From a virus (Duplodnaviria > Caudoviricetes), in the IMG/VR virus record IMGVR_UViG_2934356561_000002, positions 28,017 through 92,016 of that record: DNA of 64,000 bases; one strand, 5' to 3'. Of the stretch, positions 28,779 through 37,717 are shown one piece after another. How positions within the stretch are numbered: position 1 is the first letter of the stretch; each line of letters opens with the position of its first letter. The notes beneath the pieces are model-generated. The model was not told where the DNA came from. It saw only the letters and a program-made list of their open reading frames with translations, and did no database searches. Both the position numbers and the translations under genes were made by a program.

Positions 28779-28892
28779 TGAGGTCTCCTTGGTGGTCTGG
28801 GCCGGGGGTGGTGGCCGGGCCTGCGGGGGTGCGGGCCCGGCCGGTGGCGCTGTTCGGAACTGGTCCTGCGGCAAATCGGTTGCGGGTGTGGG

Positions 28893-30845
28893 TCAGTCGT
28901 TGATGTTGGCGCCGATGTCCCACTTCGCGGCCTGCGGGGTCGGGTTCTCCAGGTTCTCGAGCTGCTCGGCGTGGACCATCCGGAACAGGACGGGGATCGC
29001 TTCGAGGCGCTCGGCGAGGCTGTACCCGTAGGAGGCGGTGTCGTCGTAGGCGTCGCTGATGACGGGGTTGACCGCGAAGTTCTCGCGGGTGGAGGCCGCG
29101 GCGGCCTGGATGACCTGGCTGATCGCGGCCTGCACGTCGGACAGCTGACGGATGGTCGACTCGTAGCCGGCCATGTTCTCGGACGGGTTGATGATGAGCA
29201 TGATGCCCGCGTTACGGACGGCCTCTGCGGCGTAGACGAGCGGCATGGCGCCGGACAGGGAGGAGGACATGATGGGTGTTCCCTTCGGTGATGGTGCGTC
29301 CCACGGGCTGTTGACGGCCCGGCGGGCGGCGTGATCGCGGATGACCGCTGCAGCAACGGCTGCCGGGGAGACGGGCTTCAGCCTCGGACCGTTTGGGTCG
29401 GGCTGGGTGGTCGTGTTGCGGTACATCCACTTGTTGAGCCAGTTCCAGGAACCGGTGGCGTGGATGAGGCGGGCGACGGGGCTGGTGACGGCGTGCAGGA
29501 GCTTCGCGAGAGGCCTCACCCAGTTCGGGCCGAGGTCGGCGTATCGGATCGTGCCGAGCATCATGTGAGCCCGGGTGAAGGCCTGGCTGCCGAACCGCCA
29601 CACGTGGGCGGCCGCCCGTGAGAAGCGGCGGGTGACCGGGCGGACAGCGGTACGGACACGTGCAGCAGCTGTCTTGATCCGGAGCTTGCGCAGGCGCCAG
29701 AGGTCGGAGCGGGCTTCCTTGAGCTCCGCCTTGTCCCTCTGGAACTGCTTGATCCGCTTGACCTTGCCGCGGGTCTTGTCGAGCCGGTCCCGGACCTTGC
29801 GCTGACGGCGGGTGCCTTCGGCTTCCTTTCGCTTCCTGGCGTCCTTGAGCGCGTTCTTCGTCAGCTCAACAGCGGCGGCCCCGTTCTTATGGGCAGCCTC
29901 CTTCAGGGCCCGCTCCTTCTTGAGCTCGTTCTTGCCGAGCGGCCGGGTGGGAGTGCTGGTCTTCGGCGCGTCCTTGAACGGCTTCATGTTCGGGGCGCTC
30001 TGGGTGCTGGGGGTGTGCTTCCGATCGTGGATGCGGCTGAGCCGGTCGGCACCCGACGACTTCCGGTTCGTTCCGCCCTGGCCTCCCCGGTTGCCCGGCC
30101 CGGTGCCGGTTCCGACAGACCCGAGACCGGTGGACGTCGTGCCGCCGCGGTGCTTGGGCTGGTTCGGGATCCGGTTCTTCCCGCCACCGCCCACGCCGCC
30201 GGCACCGGCACCGGTGCGGCTGGGTGACGGGCTGAGCATGGCGCCCGACTTGCCCGACCCGTTCTTGGGCATGTTCAGGCCCGCGGGCTTCAGAGAGGCG
30301 GAACCGCCCGACCGGCCAGACCTCGTCGAACCTCCCTTCCCTCCGCCCCCGAACCCGCCCAGCGACCCGCCGCCGGACTTCCGACCACCGCCACGCCCGG
30401 AACCACCGAGAGAGCCCCCGCCACCGGACGAGCGAAGGAGCTGTCCGCCCCCGTCCTTACCGCGGCCAGGGCCCGCTCCCCCACCACCACCGCCGACGGC
30501 GCCCAGGGCGTTCTTCCGGGCGTTGCGAACGGACCGTGTGCCGCGCCGCGCCTTCGCGACGAGGGCAGCGCTCGCGGCCAGGGCGCAGGCGATGACGCCG
30601 GCGAGAACGGCCGGAAGCCCGAACTGGTGGATCATCCAGCACAGGCTGATGAGGCCGGTGAGCGCTGCGCCGGGAATGACAGCTCCGGCGACAGTGCCGT
30701 CGGCGGGGGTTTCGGGGGCCGAGTCCTTCTTCTTGGTCGTCTTCTTCGGAGCGTCGGCGCTGGCCTGGGGGGTCTGCTGCGGGGTCGGGGCGGTGAGTGT
30801 GGCACCGGCCTCGGCGGGTGCCAGATTGAAGCTGTCGGTGCTCAC
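28893..30845 (-). CDS. TraA-like transfer accessory membrane protein
   Basis: Directly upstream of traB; 2 TM segments, Gly-rich then Lys/Arg-rich linker, helical C-terminal domain. Confidence 0.6.
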   Translation of the reverse strand: MSTDSFNLAPAEAGATLTAPTPQQTPQASADAPKKTTKKKDSAPETPADGTVAGAVIPGAALTGLISLCWMIHQFGLPAVLAGVIACALAASAALVAKARRGTRSVRNARKNALGAVGGGGGGAGPGRGKDGGGQLLRSSGGGGSLGGSGRGGGRKSGGGSLGGFGGGGKGGSTRSGRSGGSASLKPAGLNMPKNGSGKSGAMLSPSPSRTGAGAGGVGGGGKNRIPNQPKHRGGTTSTGLGSVGTGTGPGNRGGQGGTNRKSSGADRLSRIHDRKHTPSTQSAPNMKPFKDAPKTSTPTRPLGKNELKKERALKEAAHKNGAAAVELTKNALKDARKRKEAEGTRRQRKVRDRLDKTRGKVKRIKQFQRDKAELKEARSDLWRLRKLRIKTAAARVRTAVRPVTRRFSRAAAHVWRFGSQAFTRAHMMLGTIRYADLGPNWVRPLAKLLHAVTSPVARLIHATGSWNWLNKWMYRNTTTQPDPNGPRLKPVSPAAVAAAVIRDHAARRAVNSPWDAPSPKGTPIMSSSLSGAMPLVYAAEAVRNAGIMLIINPSENMAGYESTIRQLSDVQAAISQVIQAAAASTRENFAVNPVISDAYDDTASYGYSLAERLEAIPVLFRMVHAEQLENLENPTPQAAKWDIGANIND

Positions 30846-30967
30846 GGACGGGTCCTCTTCCTCAAGGCTCAAACGACGGGGTGATTGCTGTGCGTGATGT
30901 TCGGGAGGCCAACCTGGAGACCAAGGTCAACGCCAACCCCAAGGCCAACCAGCGAGAAAAGCGCTGT

Positions 30968-31327
30968 TCAGAGGGCGATTTTCCGGAGGTTGGGGGCCTG
31001 GATGGGGGTGTGGGTTCCGAAGTTGGTGTTGGTCTTGGTCTTGGCCTCACCACTTCCGTCACCGTGTGTGGCGGCGGTGATGGGGCGGTAGACGGGCTCT
31101 CCGACATACCCGGAGGCCTCGTACGGGTGCTGGTTGCGCAGGTCCTCGATGCTCTGCAGGGCCGTGAACAGCTCGTCGCGGACCTCGTCCATGTCGACCG
31201 CGTACCAGGGCGCGGTGTCGACGTCCTGGTCGGTACTGGTGAGCCCGCTGGGCCGGATGTCGGGGCTCGTGAACGCGGACGAGCTGGCTGTCCGCAGACG
31301 CTTCTGATCGATGCTCACCTGGCTCAC
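30968..31327 (-). CDS. hypothetical protein
   Basis: GTG overlapping the upstream stop; 3' end overlaps hexamer repeats. Confidence 0.4.
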   Translation of the reverse strand: MSQVSIDQKRLRTASSSAFTSPDIRPSGLTSTDQDVDTAPWYAVDMDEVRDELFTALQSIEDLRNQHPYEASGYVGEPVYRPITAATHGDGSGEAKTKTNTNFGTHTPIQAPNLRKIAL

Positions 31328-31895
31328 AGGTACATCCCCGTTCCGTCGCTGATTCGGTCTCGTGCGTCCTTGAGCCGTCGGCCTGCGGTGGCCGGGCTCA
31401 CGCCGAGGAGCTGAGCCGCCGTGGTTTTGGTGAGCCGGTCGCCGATGGTGAGCCGGTGAGCCAGGGTTGCGATCTGCTGCTCCTTCTCGTCTGAGCCGGT
31501 CTCCGTCTCAGTGGGCTCACTGGTGGTCGGCTCAGCGTCGGCCTCGAGGGTCTTGGTGAGGGTCGGCTCAGCCGGGGTCAAGACGGGCTCACCGCGAAGC
31601 TGCTGGTCAGCCGGGGCGGTAATCGTTGTGGGGTCGGGAAGGGAGCGGGGGGTGGGGCCCTGGTTCGGCTCAGCGTTCTGGGCCAGGCTCACGCTGCCGC
31701 TGGTGAGCTCACGGGTCGGCTCAACGATCGGCTCACCCGATTCGACGGCCGGGCTCATGGGCTGAGCCGGGAAGGGCTCACGGGCGTCGGTGAGCATGGA
31801 CACGAGAGCCGCGTCGGCCCCCTTGGTGAGCCGGTCGCGCTGTACAGAGATGAGCCCTGAGCCGAGCTGGGTATCGCCGTCACCGACCTGGCTCA
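31321..31895. repeat. dispersed TGAGCC/GGCTCA hexamer cluster
   Basis: 23 exact copies counted by eye, in both orientations. Confidence 0.85.
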
Positions 31896-32493
31896 TGAGC
31901 TTCCACGCCCTGAGAGCCGACTTCTCACGCACCTTCTTGTTGGGGTGCCGTTCGGCCTGGGCGGCGTGGAAGGCGATCTCGCGCATCGTCTCGGCGTTGC
32001 GGCGCTGGGCTTCGACGTCGACTCCGGTGGTGTGGGAGACGATCCGGCGGGCGAGGAAGCTGATGCCTTCGGCGGCTGCGGTCATCGCGAGGGGGGTGAG
32101 GCCGTAGACGACGGCTTCCTTCATCGTGGGGGCGATGACGATGCCCATGGTTGAGGCGGCGGCGGGGAGGGCCCAGAGGGCGGCGCGGACGATGAGGGGG
32201 GCGGCCTGGCCGAGCATGGTGACGCCGATCATGACGATGGCGGCGACGAGGGTTGCGCCTTCGCCGGCGGCGACGACGCCGAGGGCGGTTGCGGAGCGGT
32301 GGAGTTCGGCGGTGGCGTTGGCGTAGGTGCCGATGGCGCCGGCGACTCCGACGGCGATCATCGGGATGGTGGCCAGGGCGAGCACCCACTTCTGCCCGCG
32401 GGTGAGAGAGCGGATGGTGTCGGCCCCGGCGGTGGGCAGGGCCTGGCCCGGGGTGGGGCTGGTGGTCGGCTCCAGAGCCGGGGTGCTGGTCAT
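31324..32493 (-). CDS. Spd-like (spread) membrane protein with C-terminal HTH
   Basis: 4 TM helices, EP-rich linker, LTKTTAAQLLGVSPATAGRRL HTH; lies in the tra operon. Confidence 0.7.
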   Translation of the reverse strand: MTSTPALEPTTSPTPGQALPTAGADTIRSLTRGQKWVLALATIPMIAVGVAGAIGTYANATAELHRSATALGVVAAGEGATLVAAIVMIGVTMLGQAAPLIVRAALWALPAAASTMGIVIAPTMKEAVVYGLTPLAMTAAAEGISFLARRIVSHTTGVDVEAQRRNAETMREIAFHAAQAERHPNKKVREKSALRAWKLMSQVGDGDTQLGSGLISVQRDRLTKGADAALVSMLTDAREPFPAQPMSPAVESGEPIVEPTRELTSGSVSLAQNAEPNQGPTPRSLPDPTTITAPADQQLRGEPVLTPAEPTLTKTLEADAEPTTSEPTETETGSDEKEQQIATLAHRLTIGDRLTKTTAAQLLGVSPATAGRRLKDARDRISDGTGMYL

Positions 32494-32530
32494 CGGTACT
32501 CGGTCCTTCCGGTGTGGGCGTGTCGGGCAG

Positions 32531-32902
32531 TCAGGCGGTCTTGGCGCGACGGGGGAGCCAGAGGCGGCGCTTCGGCTCGGGATTGATGGCCGGGGCCGGG
32601 GCCGGGGCGGTCGACGCTGAGGGCATCGGAAGGGCTCGGCACGTGTCGGCGTGGGACTGCGCCCAGGACCTGGCGTTGCGATCGCCCTTGTCCCGGTTCT
32701 GGAAGTCGACGTAAACACTGGTGCCGTAGCTGTGGTACTGGTCCGCCCACTTGGACTGCTGGGAGCCCTGGCAGCCGGTGCATGCGGCCTGCGTCGCCTT
32801 GGCTTTGTCCGACAGGTCCTCATGGCTCAGGTCGACGGTGGCGCCGCCGACGGTGAGGTAGCGGGCGATGACACCTTCGGGCCAGGTGGTCTGTGTGCTC
32901 AT
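32531..32902 (-). CDS. hypothetical transfer-region protein (zinc-binding)
   Basis: ARYLTVGGATVD...CTGC...WAQSHADTCRALP. Confidence 0.75.
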   Translation of the reverse strand: MSTQTTWPEGVIARYLTVGGATVDLSHEDLSDKAKATQAACTGCQGSQQSKWADQYHSYGTSVYVDFQNRDKGDRNARSWAQSHADTCRALPMPSASTAPAPAPAINPEPKRRLWLPRRAKTA

Positions 32903-32946
32903 CGGGGCTGGTGTCCTTTCCAGGTGAGTGTGGTGACGGCGGCTCA

Positions 32947-33168
32947 TCAGGCGGCGGCCGGGATGGCGGTCAGGTACGCGTCGGGGCCGTCGTCGGCGTG
33001 GTGGTTGCAGAACCCGCAGGTGTTTCGGGTGCGGGGGTTCTCGGCGGCGCAGAACCAGCAGGTGCGGGTGAGGTGGTCGATCTCGGCGAGGTTCTGCTGG
33101 GTCTCGATGTCGGTGGTGGTCCAGGTGGTGGGGTCGCCGTGCAGGGTGCGGAACTCGGTGCCGGTCAC
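32947..33168 (-). CDS. small zinc-ribbon protein
   Basis: CWFC...CGFC; GGAG RBS. Confidence 0.6.
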   Translation of the reverse strand: MTGTEFRTLHGDPTTWTTTDIETQQNLAEIDHLTRTCWFCAAENPRTRNTCGFCNHHADDGPDAYLTAIPAAA

Positions 33169-33247
33169 GGTGGTGCTCCTTCCGGGTCGTGCGGCGGGTG
33201 GGGTCCGGTCGTCTGTCGGCTCGGCGACCGGACCCCGGCGGGGGTGG

Positions 33248-33739
33248 TCAGTAGGTGAGGGGCTGGCGGGCCTCACGGTCGGCGAGCTGCTGCTGCGCGG
33301 CGTGGACGATCTCGGAGTGGTCGAACGCGAGCGGCGGCAGGGCGTTCAGGGGCCACCACTGGGCGTCGGCAGCGTCGTCACGGGCCTCGATGATCGTTCC
33401 GGGGACGACGGTCAGGTGGTAGGCGACGGTGACGTACCTGCCGCGCGGGTCGCGGTCGGGCTGGTCGAACACGCCGATCTGGGTCAGCTCGTTCGGCGCC
33501 GCGTACACTCCCGCCTCTTCGGCGAGTTCGCGGGCGGCGGCGGTTCGGCTGGTCTCGCCGGGGTCGACGTGCCCGCCGGGCAGCGCCCACTGGCCCTTGT
33601 GCGGGTCCCAGCCGCGCTCGATCAGCAGGACGTGGTCGTCGGTCGTGGTGACGACGGTGTCGGCGGTGTAGCGGATCGTCTCGAACTTCTCGGTCTCGTT
33701 GACTCGGTTGCCGGGGGTCATGCCGGTTGTCTCGGTCAT
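33248..33739 (-). CDS. Nudix hydrolase (pSAM2 Pif-like context)
   Basis: WALPGGHVDPGETSRTAAARELAEEAG Nudix box; RDPRGR, LAFDH. Confidence 0.92.
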   Translation of the reverse strand: MTETTGMTPGNRVNETEKFETIRYTADTVVTTTDDHVLLIERGWDPHKGQWALPGGHVDPGETSRTAAARELAEEAGVYAAPNELTQIGVFDQPDRDPRGRYVTVAYHLTVVPGTIIEARDDAADAQWWPLNALPPLAFDHSEIVHAAQQQLADREARQPLTY

Positions 33740-33758
33740 TGGCGTGCCTTCCTGCTGG

Positions 33759-34160
33759 TCAGTGGCTGCTGATGGAGCCGGATGCTTCGGATGCGTGCTG
33801 GTGAAGCCACGGGTCGGTGAGGTCGAACAGGGCCTGCTCGCCGTGCTGCTGGGTGGCCTTTTGGCGGTCGAGGGGGAGGTGGCGGAGGGCGGGGTTGGTG
33901 TCGGCGGTGGAGAGTCGGGCCACAAGGTGGGCGAGGGCGGTGAGGATGTCGGTGCCGTCGGAGGATCCGGCGAGCGTGGCGAGGAGGGTTTGGGTCTTGT
34001 CGGTGCTGTGGCGGTCGAGGGCGAGGAGGCGGATGCCGTTGCGGAGGAGGTCGATGCCGGGGTGGATGCCGGTCAGGTCGTCGAGGACGCCGGCGAGGTC
34101 GTCTTCCAGGGGCGGGACGGCGTTGCCGGTGGTGTGGACGGGTCCGTAGTAGGTGGCCAT
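33759..34160 (-). CDS. hypothetical transfer-region protein
   Basis: Coupled ORF in the operon. Confidence 0.65.
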   Translation of the reverse strand: MATYYGPVHTTGNAVPPLEDDLAGVLDDLTGIHPGIDLLRNGIRLLALDRHSTDKTQTLLATLAGSSDGTDILTALAHLVARLSTADTNPALRHLPLDRQKATQQHGEQALFDLTDPWLHQHASEASGSISSH

Positions 34161-34615
34161 CACAGCTCCCCGTCCCATTCGCCAGTGACGAGCTGGTCGT
34201 ACGCGGCGACGGATGCCTCGGCGTCGGGTCCGCTGAACACGTCCGTGAGGTACGACTCGGGGTCGACCTTCGCGAAGTGGTCCTCGATCGCGGCGACGAG
34301 GAGCGGGTCGGGTGTGGGGGTGTCGGCGACCGCGGACGCGGACCAGTCACTGGGCTCGCTGGTTGCCGGGGCCGGGGTCTGTGCGGCGCCCAGTACGGGG
34401 CTGACACCGGCCGGCCCGCCCAGGGCCTTGAGGATCCGGGCGAGGGCGTCGGCGGACACGTCGACGCTGAAGCAGTGCTCCCACGGGGCGTCCGTCTCGA
34501 CGTTCAGGGAGGCGAGGTTGATACGGACACCGGCCTGACCGCGGAGGAGTTCACCGCCGCCGATCTGGTGCAGCGCCACGACCAGGGCGCGGATGCCGTC
34601 AGGGATGTTCGCCAT
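34160..34615 (-). CDS. hypothetical protein
   Basis: Coupled ORF starting MANIPDG. Confidence 0.6.
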   Translation of the reverse strand: MANIPDGIRALVVALHQIGGGELLRGQAGVRINLASLNVETDAPWEHCFSVDVSADALARILKALGGPAGVSPVLGAAQTPAPATSEPSDWSASAVADTPTPDPLLVAAIEDHFAKVDPESYLTDVFSGPDAEASVAAYDQLVTGEWDGEL

Positions 34616-34869
34616 CACGCCACCGCCTTCGCGATGACGCTCAGGTCGACAACCAGGCGCAGGTCGCCCTGGGGGGACAGCTTCTTGATGAGCACGATCT
34701 TGGCGCCTTGGCTGACCTTCTCCTTCGCGTAGCGAACCGCCCAGCGACGGTCGTACGTGTCGAAGGTCCGGGAGGTCATGTCTGCGGAGCCCCAGACAAA
34801 GATCACCCGATAGCGGCGGTTGTTCGCGGTGCGGTCCGTGTGCCGGTTCGTACGACGCCTGGCGCTCAT
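34615..34869 (-). CDS. hypothetical basic protein
   Basis: Coupled ORF starting MSARRRT. Confidence 0.6.
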   Translation of the reverse strand: MSARRRTNRHTDRTANNRRYRVIFVWGSADMTSRTFDTYDRRWAVRYAKEKVSQGAKIVLIKKLSPQGDLRLVVDLSVIAKAVA

Positions 34870-35036
34870 GCCGCCACCGCCTTGATGACAAGGCGGCCGT
34901 TGCCGCGCTTCACGCCAGCGGCGATCAGCCGGCGGGGGGCGGGCACTGTGGCCGTGCGGCGCAGCGCCTCGTTGAAGTCGAGGTCGGAAGTGGTGGAGGG
35001 GGACGAACTGGCACTTGATGTGCGATCCTGCTTCAT
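34866..35036 (-). CDS. small hypothetical protein
   Basis: AGGAGG RBS; ATGA overlap with the next gene. Confidence 0.55.
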   Translation of the reverse strand: MKQDRTSSASSSPSTTSDLDFNEALRRTATVPAPRRLIAAGVKRGNGRLVIKAVAA

Positions 35037-35137
35037 GCGGATCACGCCTCCTGATTGAGCAGGTAGGGCTGGGTCTGTTCAGGGCCTCGGTCACCTGCGG
35101 TTGCGTCGCTGGTGTTCGGGGCCTTTTCGTTGTTGCG

Positions 35138-35341
35138 TCAGGCGACCACGGAGTCGACGAGGTAGCTGTCGACAGCCGCTCTGGGGATGCGCAGTCCGCG
35201 GCGCCTTACCGAGCCGCTGCCGAGCCGGTGCGCGTCAAGGCGCTTCTCGCGGACGAGCCGACGAACGGTCTGGGGGTGAAGGCTGAGAATCTGCGCGACC
35301 TGAATGGCATCCAGCAGGTCGTTGCTTCGGGCGTCGCTCAT
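35138..35341 (-). CDS. excisionase-like HTH DNA-binding protein
   Basis: LLDAIQVAQILSLHPQTVRRLVREKRLDAHRLG...LRIPRAAV. Confidence 0.85.
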   Translation of the reverse strand: MSDARSNDLLDAIQVAQILSLHPQTVRRLVREKRLDAHRLGSGSVRRRGLRIPRAAVDSYLVDSVVA

Positions 35342-35372
35342 GGCAAATCTCCTTTCCGGAGCCTGGAGCCAA

Positions 35373-35423
35373 CTCCCCTAGGGGAGCTCCTTGAGTTCAT
35401 TGAAGCTCAGTCCCCTATGGGAG
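35373..35423. promoter_or_regulatory. GntR operator pair over the tra-operon promoter
   Basis: Palindrome CTCCCCTAGGGGAG plus variant TCCCCTATGGGAG overlapping minus-strand TTGACT. Confidence 0.7.
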
Positions 35424-35461
35424 TCAAGCGCGCAGAGCGAACGCGCCCCCGGAACGCAAAA

Positions 35462-35492
35462 AAGCCCCTGCCAGCGGGGGCTGACAGGGGCT
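35462..35492 (-). terminator. terminator of the GntR gene
   Basis: AGCCCCTG-CCAGC...GCTGA-CAGGGGCT hairpin with an A-run on its left. Confidence 0.7.
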
Positions 35493-35503
35493 CAGGGGAG
35501 GCG

Positions 35504-36271
35504 CTAGTCGGTGAAGTCGTACTCCATGACGAAGCGGGAGGCGTCGAGGAGCATGTCGTTGACCTCCACAATTCGGCCGGACTCATCGGCCGCAGTGCGG
35601 ACGATGTGCATCACCGGCGTCCCTGCTCCCATGCCCAGGCTCGCGGCTTCCTCGGGGCTGGGCATCCGGGATCGCAGTTCCTCACGGAACCTCTTCGGCT
35701 CGTGTCCGAGGTCGGCAAGGCGCGCGTAGATACCACCGGGCCCGGTGTCCACCTGGGTGATCGGTGAGCCGGCGACGATGTCGACTGGCAGGTACGAAAC
35801 TGCCGTCATGACGGGAACGTCGTCGACCGTGTAGGTACGTGCGCGCTTGTAGACGAGTTCACCGCTCGGAAGACCCATGGTGCGGGCAACCTGGGCCGGC
35901 GGGGTGACTTCGACCGGCTCTTCATTCAGCGGGACCATGGGCCTGTCGTGTACGTCGACCGACCACATGGACTGGCCGCCGCCCCAGAGCTCCTTGGACA
36001 GCCTCTTGGTCGCATTGCGCCGGATCGGCTCGAAGGAGCGGACGAAGAATCCCTTGCCGTGGCGGCTCTCGAGGACGCCTTGATCTCGCAGGGACACCAG
36101 AGCGTTCCGGGCGGTCATTTTCGACACACCGTGGCGCTCTTTGAGCTCCATCTCGCTGGGCACCTTCTCGCCGGGCGCCAGGACTCCTTCCAGGATCATG
36201 GCGCGCAACTCCGCGGCGATCCGCTGGAACGCGGGCAGCTCGCGATCGTTCGGCGTCTTCTCGCCTGGCAA
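35504..36271 (-). CDS. GntR/HutC-family repressor (KorSA/TraR-like)
   Basis: PGEKVPSE...GVSKMTAR...GKGFFV wHTH plus UTRA domain. Confidence 0.92.
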   Translation of the reverse strand: MPGEKTPNDRELPAFQRIAAELRAMILEGVLAPGEKVPSEMELKERHGVSKMTARNALVSLRDQGVLESRHGKGFFVRSFEPIRRNATKRLSKELWGGGQSMWSVDVHDRPMVPLNEEPVEVTPPAQVARTMGLPSGELVYKRARTYTVDDVPVMTAVSYLPVDIVAGSPITQVDTGPGGIYARLADLGHEPKRFREELRSRMPSPEEAASLGMGAGTPVMHIVRTAADESGRIVEVNDMLLDASRFVMEYDFTD

Positions 36272-36289
36272 GAAATCCTCCTTGTGACT

Positions 36290-36384
36290 TGTCTAGGGGA
36301 CCACGCTAACGCCCTGATCTGGTGAGCGCCCGGCCGGTATGCCCTCGGCGTGCACGTCTAGAGTGACACACTCCCCTAGGGGAG
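36290..36384. promoter_or_regulatory. GntR autoregulatory operators
   Basis: CTCCCCTAGGGGAG at 36371-36384; half-site TCTAGGGGA near 36292. Confidence 0.65.
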
Positions 36385-36619
36385 CATAAGATGGGCGCTC
36401 CAAGCAGATACCTGTGCCCCCTCAAGATCGGACGAATGGGGAGGATGACAACAGATCCTGCATAGGCTTCTGACGGTCGACCGGTTCATCAGACCGGCCG
36501 ACCGCCCTTATGGCCGCCGACCTGCGAAGACAAGCGGCCACGTGAATCCCGACTAGGAGATCCGCCATGAGCCTATCTCTACTTTCCCGTGACGAAAGAA
36601 GTCGGTGCGAGGTGCACCG

Positions 36620-36913
36620 ATGACCACGTCGAAGGACCCCGACTACGTCTCGTTCACTGATGCCGCCAAACTCCTGGTACGTCATGGCTTCGTAGGGAGC
36701 ATGACTTCGCAAGGCCTGCGTTACATCGCCCGCTCACGAGGCAGCAGAGACGAGGGGCGCTGGCCGTTTGGTGACAAGCCCGGCCAGGAGCGCTACCTGA
36801 CCGCCGGAAACACCCGCCTCATGCGTACCGCCTTGCTTCTTGAGTACTTCGAGAAGCACCCGCCCACGGGGCGCGGCCCCGACCGGTCGTCGCGACGTCC
36901 CAGGCGATCGTGA
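36620..36913 (+). CDS. putative DNA-binding protein
   Basis: VSFTDAAKLL...TSQGLRYIAR...WP HTH-like; GAGG RBS. Confidence 0.65.
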   Translation: MTTSKDPDYVSFTDAAKLLVRHGFVGSMTSQGLRYIARSRGSRDEGRWPFGDKPGQERYLTAGNTRLMRTALLLEYFEKHPPTGRGPDRSSRRPRRS

Positions 36914-37132
36914 CCGGGTTATCTGGCCGGCGCCACGCCTGGCCCAGAACGCACGAAAGGCCGGGAAGTTCGCAGCTACCCCGGCCCTTCAAGCACCTCA
37001 GCGGATCGCAGCCCGCTGATCAAGCAAGTTCCAGCCTCTGAAAGTAGGAACTGCAGTGAGAACTGTACCCGCGCACAACCCGTCCCTCGCAAGCCCACGC
37101 TCCGTGATCGTCCGTACGGCGGGGGTGACGGC

Positions 37133-37717
37133 ATGAGTATCAAGCAGCCGTTTCGGCGAGTCAGGTCGTCCGAATTCGTCTCCATCGAGCGGGCCGTCCT
37201 CGAAGACTCCCGCCTGTCTCTCGCGGCCAAAGGCCTCTATGCCGTAGTGGCCGCATGGGAGGAAGGGCAGAGTTCTCCGTCCGATGAGTCCGTGGCCGTG
37301 CTTCTGGACGAACTGGTGGCCGCAGGGTACGCAACTGTCGGCGAGGACGGTGAGATCGAAGTTGGTTGGCCTGCTGAGGCCGGCGAGCCGGAGCCGCCCG
37401 AGGCTCGGCGCGTTCCCAGGCCTCGGGCGGACACGCAAAGCGCAGGTTGGGCTTACGCCATCAGCGACGCTGCCGCCAACCAGGTAAAGATCGGCTTCAC
37501 CCAGAACGTAGGGCGAAGGCTCAAGGGTCTTCAGACCGGGCATCATGTCGATCTGCGCGTTCTATGGCAGGGCGCTGGCGGGGTGGCGATGGAAGCTCAC
37601 CTGCACGCGCGCTTCGCACGACGCCACATCCGCGGAGAGTGGTTCGACTTCACTGGGGTCGACGCGCAGAAGCTGATCGCGCGGGCAGCAAAGTCGTTCC
37701 GGGGGGCGGCCCAGTGA
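37133..37717 (+). CDS. HTH + GIY-YIG/T5orf172-like domain protein
   Basis: DSRLSLAAKGLY; VKIGFT..RRLKGLQTG...EAHLHARF..RGEWF. Confidence 0.8.
   Translation: MSIKQPFRRVRSSEFVSIERAVLEDSRLSLAAKGLYAVVAAWEEGQSSPSDESVAVLLDELVAAGYATVGEDGEIEVGWPAEAGEPEPPEARRVPRPRADTQSAGWAYAISDAAANQVKIGFTQNVGRRLKGLQTGHHVDLRVLWQGAGGVAMEAHLHARFARRHIRGEWFDFTGVDAQKLIARAAKSFRGAAQ

Noticed and set aside
35138-35341. Xis-like gene as proof of an integrative element
   Set aside because: No integrase or att/tRNA site in the window; such HTH proteins also act as regulators.
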